Of a stretch of 33,217 nucleotides of DNA, positions 24,094 through 33,217 are shown in pieces; within the stretch, counting starts at the first letter, position 1; each line of letters starts with the position of its first letter. The notes below the pieces were generated by a model that ran no database searches, was not told the DNA's origin, and saw only the letters and a program-made list of their open reading frames with translations. Source of the stretch: Octopus bimaculoides (taxonomy: Eukaryota); assembly GCF_001194135.2 (NCBI RefSeq), contig NC_068984.1, forward strand, positions 102,843,143 to 102,876,359, in the 5' to 3' direction. Position numbers and translations under genes: made by a program.

Positions 24094-24480
24094 TGTTATT
24101 GTTGGCACTCCGTCGCTTACGTCGTCGAGGATTCCAGTTGATCCGATCAACGGAACAGCCTGCTCGTGAAATTAACGTGCAAGTGGCTGAGCACTCCACA
24201 GACACGTGTACGCTTAACGTAGTTCTCGGGGATATTCAGCGTGAAACAGTGTGACAAGGCTGACCCTTTGAATTACAGGCACAACAGAAACAGGAAGTAA
24301 GAGTGAGAGAAAGTTGTGGTGAAAGAGTACAGCAGGGTTCGCCACCATCCCCTGCTGGAGCCTCGTGGAGCTTTTAGGTGTTTTCGCTCAATGAACAATC
24401 ACAACGCCCGGTCTGGGAATCGAAACCGCGATCCTATGACTGCGAGTCCGCTGCCCTAACCACTGGACCATTGCGCCTCC
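24094..24480 (-). mobile_element. tRNA-headed SINE, family C variant 2, full length with 10-bp TSD
   Basis: Minus-strand head GGAGGCGCAATGGTCCAGTGGTTAGGGCAGCGGACTCGCAGTCATAGGATCGCGGTTTCGATTCCC and tail ...GTGCCAACAATAACA. AGTTAGAAAT is duplicated at 24084-24093 and 24481-24490. Confidence 0.92.
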
Positions 24481-24756
24481 AGTTAGAAATAGAAAACAAG
24501 AAAAATCTATTAGAGTCATAAAATTGTAGAAGATAATTTGTGTGGCTAAAAAAATAGAATATCGTGATGCTATGTAATGATTAGAAAACTACAACTGGAA
24601 CGTAAACGGAGACAGGTAACCAATAACATAAGTTCAAGTCTTAAAACTTTATACTTGTTACATTTTTACCTATAGGAGGTCAAAATTGAGTATAAAAGAG
24701 TAGAGTTGTTTCGAATGGATCTTATTCAACTCTATTATATTGTTATCACCAATAGA

Positions 24757-24930
24757 AAGGCGGCGAACTGGTAGAATTGCTACCATGCCGCATAAAAAGG
24801 TTAGCAGCATTTTGTCTCTCCTTACGTTCTGAGCTCAAATATCACCGAGATCACCTTTTATCTATCTTGGGGTTGATGTAGCCGTCTAGCCCTCGCCCCA
24901 AATTTCAGGCCTAGTACCTATAATAGAACT
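24757..24930 (+). mobile_element. SINE family B, diverged and internally deleted
   Basis: AAGGCGGCGAACTGGTAGAATTGCTACCATGCCG...TTACGTTCTGAGCTCAAAT...AAATTTCAGGCCTAGTACC. Confidence 0.72.
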
Positions 24931-25127
24931 ATTATTACTAATACTTATTTAATCGACTCGAGTGGAATGAAAATCAGTGTCAGTTGATAGGAATTATAAA
25001 CAGAACTTAGAAGGATGAACTTGGATAGGATGAAAAATTTGTTTTAGCATGAATTTCTACTTCTTCTTCTTTCAGGCCACTAATTTCATAAATAGTTCAA
25101 TAAAAAAATGATCACTATTATAAATAA

Positions 25128-25566
25128 TGTAGTAACTGTAATAAGAAACTTACTTCCCAACCACATGGTTCCGGGTTCAGTCTCACTGCGTGGCATCTTG
25201 GACAAGTGTCTTCTCTTATAGCTTCGGGTCGACCAAAACATTGTGAGTGGATTTGGTTGACAAAAGCTGAAAGAAGCCCGTCCGAACTCACATAAAGAAT
25301 CTTCCAAACCAAATCCATAAACGAAATGTGTGTGTGTNNNNNNNNNNNNNNNNNNNNNNNNNNNNNNNNNNNNNNNNNNNNNNNNNNNNNNNNNNNNNNN
25401 NNNNNNNNNNNNNNNNNNNNNNNNNNNNNNNNNNNNNNNNNNNNNNNNNNNNNNNNNNNNNNNNNNNNNNNNNNNNNNNNNNNNNNNNNNNNNNNNNNNN
25501 NNNNNNNNNNNNNNNNNNNNNNNNNNNNNNNNNNNGCTGCATTCAAATGACAGAAACAAGTAAAAG
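25128..25566 (+). mobile_element. SINE family A spanning an assembly gap
   Basis: Head and body at 25141-25292 (CTTCCCAACCACATGGTTCCGGGTTCAG...); the tail GCTGCATTCAAATGACAGAAACAAGTAAAAG resumes right after the gap. Confidence 0.83.
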
Positions 25567-26124
25567 CTAACATCTAAAAGATAATTAAAGGCAGACAAAT
25601 AATGCAAATTGACATTTGTATTCAGTAGCGAACGTTTTCACAAGTTACGTAATTTCATTTTGAAAATCTTCGAGCCAATGTAAATCGAAGTGAGTATACC
25701 AATAGACTACGAAGAAAACAATCAATCGTAGCAATCATTAGACTGATGAAGTGGTTGGGATAAACACAATGGATTGCTTCTCATTTAGGAATTCCTAATC
25801 CAATGACCTTTGGAACTCAATACGTTTGACATTTATATCGTTTATAACTTAGGCAATTAATTGTATAATAAACCGAAGTTTTCTAAGTCAACCAAAACTT
25901 CCAGATAATATCATGCTATTCCTATAGAATTGCTCAGCCATAAATACTAAACTAAACTCAAGAGGATATGTTGAACAATCAAAAAGTGGTTATTCTATGC
26001 GGTGGTATGTAGCTGCTCATAATGTCCTGGTCATGAATATATAAAGCTTTAGTTTGGCTTATCAACTGTACAGGATATATCAATTGTACCCAATAACAGT
26101 TCCCGCAGATTCTATTTCCATAAA

Positions 26125-26264
<140 letters not shown>

Positions 26265-27150
26265 NNNNNNNNNNNNNNNNNNNNNNNNNNNNNNNNNNNN
26301 NNNNNNNNNNNNNNNNNNNNNNNNNNNNNNNNNNNNNNNNNNNNNNNNNNNNNNNNNNNNNNNNNNNNNNNNNNNNNNNNNNNNNNNNNNNNNNNNNNNN
26401 NNNNNNNNNNNNNNNNNNNNNNNNNNNNNNNNNNNNNNNNNNNNNNNNNNNNNNNNNNNNNNNNNNNNNNNNNNNNNNNNNNNNNNNNNNNNNNNNNNNN
26501 NNNNNNNNNNNNNNNNNNNNNNNNNNNNNNNNNNNNNNNNNNNNNNNNNNNNNNNNNNNNNNNNNNNNNNNNNNNNNNNNNNNNNNNNNNNNNNNNNNNN
26601 NNNNNNNNNNNNNNNNNNNNNNNNNNNNNNNNNNNNNNNNNNNNNNNNNNNNNNNNNNNNNNNNNNNNNNNNNNNNNNNNNNNNNNNNNNNNNNNNNNNN
26701 NNNNNNNNNNNNNNNNNNNNNNNNNNNNNNNNNNNNNNNNNNNNNNNNNNNNNNNNNNNNNNNNNNNNNNNNNNNNNNNNNNNNNNNNNNNNNNNNNNNN
26801 NNNNNNNNNNNNNNNNNNNNNNNNNNNNNNNNNNNNNNNNNNNNNNNNNNNNNNNNNNNNNNNNNNNNNNNNNNNNNNNNNNNNNNNNNNNNNNNNNNNN
26901 NNNNNNNNNNNNNNNNNNNNNNNNNNNNNNNNNNNNNNNNNNNNNNNNNNNNNNNNNNNNNNNNNNNNNNNNNNNNNNNNNNNNNNNNNNNNNNNNNNNN
27001 NNNNNNNNNNNNNNNNNNNNNNNNNNNNNNNNNNNNNNNNNNNNNNNNNNNNNNNNNNNNNNNNNNNNNNNNNNNNNNNNNNNNNNNNNNNNNNNNNNNN
27101 NNNNNNNNNNNNNNNNNNNNNNNNNNNNNNNNNNNNNNNNNNNNNNNNNC

Positions 27151-27204
27151 CAGCATCGGTTGTCAAGCGATGTTGGGGGGACAAACACAGACACACAAAC
27201 ATAT

Positions 27205-27245
<41 letters not shown>

Positions 27246-27405
27246 TACGACGGGCTTCTTTCAGTTTCCAACTACCAGATCCACTCACAAGACTTTGGTC
27301 GGCCCGAGGTTATAGTAGGAGACACTTGCCGAAGGTGCCACACAGTGGGACTGAACCCAGAACCATGTGGTTCGTAAGCAAACTACTTACCATACAGTCA
27401 CTCCT
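27151..27405 (-). mobile_element. SINE family A; 3' part in the gap
   Basis: Colinear with 2115-2324 (CATCGGTTGTCAAGCGA...CCACTCACAAG...ACCATACAG). Confidence 0.87.
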
Positions 27406-27614
27406 AGGCCTATATATACACACACACAAACATATGTGTATGTATATATGTGTGTTTGCATATGTGTGCTAAGGTGCGTGGCCTAGTCGTTAGTTATGTT
27501 GCACACAATTTCCATATATGCACATATAGTTACACTTTTTAATAAACAGCAGAAGTTACAGAGTGACTCAAAGACAGAGAGTTTCTTGCATTCGCACTTA
27601 TCACTTCATATGTG

Positions 27615-28064
<450 letters not shown>

Positions 28065-28089
28065 TTACTTATCGACAATTTGACTGTTT

Positions 28090-28874
28090 ATTATGTCGCC
28101 TTCTTTCAGGAGCAAACTGACGTATTGGTGAAGAGTCAACGGCATTGGCGACTTTACTGGTTAAAAGTGTATTTGAGAAAAAGTTAGCTGACATAGTCAA
28201 CTGGAAGTCAGCAATATTAGCAAAGAGTTATGTATATCATTATGATTCGCACCAGGGATCAAAATGCTGACATCATGACTATTGCTCAATATTCTGTGAA
28301 CACTGTAAAGGCTGTAAGATGTGACATGGGTAGCTGCAACGGAGACTAAGAAACCGTAGGCAGCGGGAAGGGACACAGCAGCGTTCTAAATGCGTCTGCA
28401 TGCCGCATTTTTCACCCCCAAATCTTTGAATAAGGGCAATGAAGCTACTGGAGGATGTGGTCAGTCTCTGCCTGTAGAGGCTTGCTGCTGGAAAGCTATG
28501 TGGTGAAACAGTATTCGGTTCTTGCCATACCTCCGGAAAAAGTCAGAAGTGGATGTCGTAGAATTTCTATACCTTCATCAGCCCCAAATATTGGCCTAAT
28601 AATTCTCCCGATTATAATCTCATGGATTATTATGAGTAGGGCGCGGTTGAGAAAGACACCCACGGCTCTGCCAGAAACGAAGATCAAGGAGGCGTTTGAA
28701 GGACACTGTGAGGAACACATGCACCACGTTCCGGAGTTACTTTGACTAAACTGTTATCTCCAAGTCATAATTTTGTTGATATCTTTTAATCGTTTAAAAT
28801 AATTTTATTTTAGATGGGACATTTCCTTTTCTTTTCCTGTTATGCAAACTTTCAAATTTATCCTGAAAACCCTA
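28090..28874 (+). mobile_element. Second DD37D (maT-type) transposon remnant, internally deleted
   Basis: From 28236: IIMIRTRDQNADIMTIAQYSVNTVKAVRCDMGSCNGD*ETV (cf. the N-terminus of the first element), then a jump to KLLEDVV...Q(D)S..CHTSGKSQKWMS*NFYTFISPKYWPNNSPDYNLMDYY (37-residue spacing, third D at 28625) and GYFD* at 28749. Ends in a TIR-like AACTTTCAAATTTATCCTGAAAACCCTATA. Confidence 0.82.
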
Positions 28875-28885
28875 TACATATGAAC

Positions 28886-29235
28886 AGGCATTGTGTTGTG
28901 GTTAAGAAGCTCACTTTGCAAGCATGTAGTTTTGGGTTCGGTTTCACATCATGGCACTCTGGGCAAGTGTTTTTTACTATAGCCCTGGACCAACAAATAC
29001 CTTGTGAGTAAATTTAAGGGTGGAAGCTGTGTGAAAACCAATCACACACACGGACGCACGCAGAAACACATACACACATATATTTAGTAGATAAATATAG
29101 ATATATACGGTTATATAAACACATACGCAAACATGTATATGTATACATACATGCATACATACAAACAAACAAACGAACATACATGCATACATACATACAG
29201 ACTTGCAAACATATATACATACATACATACATACA

Positions 29236-29266
<31 letters not shown>

Positions 29267-29365
29267 GTATGTGTGTGTCTTTATGTTTGTGCTTCTTCCT
29301 CACCACCGCTTGATAATATCCAGCATGGACACAGTTCAACGAGTGAAATAGGTAAAATATAGAAG
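28886..29365 (+). mobile_element. SINE family A, old degenerate copy with expanded internal microsatellite
   Basis: TTGTGGTTAAGAAGCTCAC...CTGGGCAAGTGTTTTTTACTATAGCCCTGG...CCTTGTGAGT; later CACCGCTTGA...CCAGCATGGACACAGTTCAA. Confidence 0.65.
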
Positions 29366-29444
29366 ATATTGGCTTCTCACTTTATCAGTGACCATGTTGA
29401 ATTTTGTAAAGAGAAAAATCAATAATACACAAATATAATGTCGC

Positions 29445-29870
29445 CGGCGTGGCTGTGTGGTAAGAAGCTTGCTTCCCAACCACATGGTCCTGCGTTCAGT
29501 CTACTAAAGCCTCGGGCCGACCAAAGCTTTGTGAGTGGATTTAGTAGATGGAAACTGAAAAAAAGCCTGTCGTGTGTGTAAATATATTTATGTGTGTGTA
29601 TGTGTGTGTGAGTTTGTGTGTGTGTGTGTGTGTGTGTGCGTGCGTGCGCGCGTCTGTGTTTGTCTCCAGTCACTGCTTGACAACCAGTGGTGGTGTGTTT
29701 ACGTCCCCGTAATCTAGCGATTCGGCAAAAAGAACCGATAGAATAAGTACTAGGCTTTAAAAATAAGCCCTGGGCTCGTTTTGTTCGACTAGAGTCCTTC
29801 AAGACGGCGTTCCAGCATGACCGCAGTCAAATTACTGTAACAAGTAAAAGATAGCAGATAAAAGATAAAA
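29445..29870 (+). mobile_element. SINE family A, full length with a 31-bp internal deletion
   Basis: GGCGTGGCTGTGTGGTAAGAAGCTTGCTTCCCAACCACATGG...; lacks CCACTGCGTGGCATCTTGGGCAAGTGTCTTC relative to the 1951-2324 copy; (AAAAGAT)-like tail. Confidence 0.88.
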
Positions 29871-30239
29871 TCCCTTAAAAATCATACATGTATCGAAACC
29901 ACAATGATTTCCAATCATACAGCTGATGATAAGGTTGTCTATGTCTATTTAGATTAAATTTATATAATCGTGAAGTATATGTAGTTGTTCGCTCTACAGT
30001 ATGTTCTGCATGATTCTTATAGTACCCTTTGTTGCCCTAATCTGTTTAGGGTCCTCTTATTGCCTGGTATGTGGCTGAGTTAAATATTCGTTGTTTTTGT
30101 TTCATTTGAAGCCAGAGTTTTTAAAGTCAGCTATTAAATTGGATCTAGATGGAAGTTTGTATCTTTATTTGGTTATTAGATACTGTTTATTAGGATGTTA
30201 GTGACATTTGATTTACTGGGTTAGATATTAGCTTGCTTA

Positions 30240-30326
30240 GTAAATTATGTGTATGTATATGTATGTAATATATATAATGTATATAATATATATATGTATG
30301 TATATATGTGTATATATACACATGCA

Positions 30327-30365
<39 letters not shown>

Positions 30366-30367
30366 GA

Positions 30368-30428
<61 letters not shown>

Positions 30429-30430
30429 TA
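30240..30430. repeat. (TA)/(CT)/(GA)n compound microsatellite
   Basis: Seen directly. Confidence 0.92.
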
Positions 30431-31008
30431 AGCACACTTTTATCTGAAAGTTTTACTTCCACAACATGTCTATTTAAAACAAAACAACGTTTCAAGTAAT
30501 ATTTCTCCACGAGAAAATAGCTGTGTGGAAAATGTCATGGTATAATGAGAAGATCTGATGATATGACAAAAATATCTGAGTAGATAAGTTGTAGGAAAAT
30601 AAATTAGATGAAAGGACAAAAGAAATTAAGAAGCGAAAGAGGAAATAAGAAACTGTTTGATGTAGAGACGTGTGTAGAAAACGTATCAAAGTATAATTCA
30701 ATAGATTCATATCAAACACAACGGAAATGTTTCACAGAAAAGGCATACATAGTATAAAGTTAACAAAGAGGTAGAAACGCCAAACATGTATGTGTGTGTG
30801 TGTGTGTGTGCGTGTGTAACGTGTGTGTGTGTGTGTGTAACGTGTGTATATGTATTAGTATCAATATATGTTTCTTCGTTTGAATATCTTCAACTTTTGC
30901 AGAGTTCAAGCCAGAGACTAATAAGGTGTCAAGGCACTTTTATGTAGATTAAGACACCATTTGGGAAGTTTCGATAAATGAATTGGTTAGTAAACGATTC
31001 GTACTCAC

Positions 31009-31058
<50 letters not shown>

Positions 31059-31224
31059 CAGGGAAGGGAGAGACAGTGAGCGTGTGGTGTGTGTGGATTA
31101 AATTTTGTTCATGATGTTGCCGTGCAATCCCTTTTCGTACACAAGTGTGTGTACTTCAATTCTGTTCATGTTTGTGTGTGTGCGTACTTGATATGTGCAT
31201 GTATTTAGTCAAGGACGCTAAAAC

Positions 31225-33035
31225 CGAGAATCTCAAGAAGGTTTTACATATTATTCACTGTACTTCTTACTTCTTATTGACTGCATTTCGAGAATGCGAA
31301 CCAGTTGGCTTTGTGTTTTCTTGGAGACCGCCAAGATTTCTGGGATTTCGCGTAAACCTGGTCTTGCGTATCCCAGTGAACCTACGATAAAAGGTAAAAA
31401 TAAAAATCTACATTATGCATAATTTTTAGATTTTGATAAAGGTTCTCGTTTTAGCTAATTTTTTATAAGACATTCACATTCTTCAAACAGCTGACCTCTA
31501 TAACTGTGCACGGTTTTCGCCACAACTATATCTGTTCCATTGTGTTCACACCGGTTGATATCTTACTGGAACGTTCCACCAGTATTCTATATTTTTAAAG
31601 GTCTGGATACATTTCAATTACGTTGTGTCTCTGGTATGGCCATCAGGACAATCTTCCCGTTTAGCAAGAATGCCACACCCTTTAAGAAAGCAGTAGCAGC
31701 GAAGATTTTTGGATAGTTGCTAATGATATAGGTGACAACTATCACACTGTTATGGCACTTTGCATATTTTCTTTCATAAGATCTAGGTCAAGAGACATCC
31801 TTATATCTCCTGTTCACCATATATCTACTAGCTATTTCCTGTTTTTGAATAACAAAGGTATATCCTTCTAGTATTGATAAGGCGGCGAACTGGCAGAATC
31901 GTTAGCACGCCGGGCTAAATGTGTAATGGCATTTCATCCGCCTTCAGGTTCTGAGTTCAAATTCTGCTGAGGTCGACTTTGCCTTTCATCCTGTTAGAGT
32001 CGATAAAATGAGTATCAGTTGAGTACTAGGGTCAATGTAATCGACTTAACCTCCCCGAAATTGCTGGCCTTGTACCAAAATTTGAAATCAATATGTAATG
32101 TATCTATCACAAGTCTGGTAGAAGCTACCTTTTCTGTCAATGTTGTTATTCTCAGTCTTGCAAGACATGTATTCATGCAAAACTTGCTGTTGCTATGTTG
32201 AATATCTCTCCTCCAAGTCTGTGTTTAATAGGTCAGCCCAGCTACCCTTGACTCACATGAAACAGTTGTACACTCAGAGATCCCAATTCAGTTCTTGATC
32301 TCATGATGTTATTACCTTTATTGTTGGGTATACACGGGAAATACTAATTTCTTCTTTTGTTGTTCAGTAGGTGTTATGTAAGTGACACGATGCGGCACTC
32401 TGAGGCAGTATAGATTGATTTTATGCTTCTACTTCTATCCCTCTGCTTACATAAATCCTGTCAGCTTCACTGTTGATATGGAATTTACTAGTCATTATTA
32501 GTATATTACTATTCCATGTTGCAGATTGCTTCAAGTATCCAGTCTAGCATCCCAAATGTTGTTACTAGCACTGCTACTGTGAGAGAATTGTGGAATATGG
32601 TTTGATTGAATGCAGACAGTTCTAACTTCCAAACTTTCCGAAGTCTACGAAAGTATTCTTTCGTCGTTATGTTAGCTTTACTCAGAACAGCAACATTCTC
32701 TCAATTCCAAGGTATATGTAACATTCATGGCTTGTAATAGAAGTGATAAAGAGACAAATTGGTATAAATATGCCTTGTCTTGTTAGCCATCTTAACCAAA
32801 TTCCAATCTTATGTTTAGGGAAAATGTTGTGACTCGTTGTAACTGTCCCTTGGTGTCATGGAATTAATTGAGTACAGCTTAAGGACATTAATAATGTGAG
32901 GGTTACATTATTTTTCTCCTCAACAACTCACAGCTTGTATTCCTTATATTTCCTTAGCAGGTCAGACAAGAGGCTCACAGTTACAATGTAAAGAGTTACA
33001 GATAAGATGCCAACTTGAAATATCTCTACTGATAA
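31225..33035 (-). mobile_element. Non-LTR retrotransposon remnant, R4/Dong-like (RT, thumb, zinc knuckle, restriction-like endonuclease)
   Basis: Minus-strand translation, in order: EIFQVGILSVTLY (cf. GIFQGDSLS), VLKLYS (cf. DDLKLY), TKEYFRRLRKVWKLELSAFNQ...TTFGMLDW, KFHINSEADRIYVSRG, SIYTASECRIVSL, FVIQKQEIASRYM, EYWWNVP...CEHNGTDIVV (cf. PDIVV), FLFLPFIVGSLG, ICKTFLRF. Many stops and frameshifts. Confidence 0.8.
31879..32092 (+). mobile_element. SINE family B inserted inside the R4/Dong-like LINE
   Basis: Colinear with 7394-7610; LINE coding homology resumes on both sides (...DRYIT | SILEGYTFVIQ...). Confidence 0.88.
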
Positions 33036-33099
33036 CCTAACTCCGTTTGTAACGAGTAATTATAGATATGGCTTCAGTTCTTATCGTTTTCTATCTGTC

Positions 33100-33168
33100 T
33101 AGCAGTCTATCTGTCTGTCTGTTTGTCTCTCTCTCCTTCTCTCTCTCTCTCTCTCTCCCTCGCTTCCG

Positions 33169-33217
<49 letters not shown>
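33100..33217. repeat. (CTGT)/(CT)n/(TG)n microsatellites
   Basis: Seen directly. Confidence 0.92.

Noticed and set aside
25730-25778. CTGATGA-A-GTGGTT/AAACAC, a possible third hammerhead
   Set aside because: No GAAA after helix II, and the candidate helix I (AGCAATC/GATTGCT) is offset by 6 nt; at best a decayed relic.
29950-30240. Possible Penelope RT remnant on the minus strand (patches such as FKNSGFK, IFNSA)
   Set aside because: Patches lie in different frames and are too short to call without a profile search; a tBLASTx against Penelope proteins would be decisive and relevant to the hammerhead SINE.

Overview
AT-rich, repeat-dense eukaryotic non-coding DNA (intergenic or intronic) from a fragmented assembly with eight N-gaps. 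No intact protein-coding gene, true tRNA gene or CRISPR array is supported; most ORF-track entries are microsatellite or N artefacts. The content is a mobile-element graveyard: two decayed DD37D (maT-type) Tc1/mariner transposons, a pogo/Tigger-like MITE, an R4/Dong-like LINE remnant (RT, thumb, restriction-like endonuclease), about 15 copies of at least four tRNA-headed SINE families, and many microsatellites. The SINEs resemble those I recall from octopus genomes, so the host is probably a coleoid cephalopod (inference). The most notable structure is at 19.95-20.57 kb: a head-to-head inverted pair of a tRNA-headed SINE-like element carrying a minimal Penelope-type hammerhead ribozyme motif, with the whole pair bounded by a 13-bp direct repeat. 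This is a candidate ribozyme-bearing SINE mobilised by Penelope-like elements.
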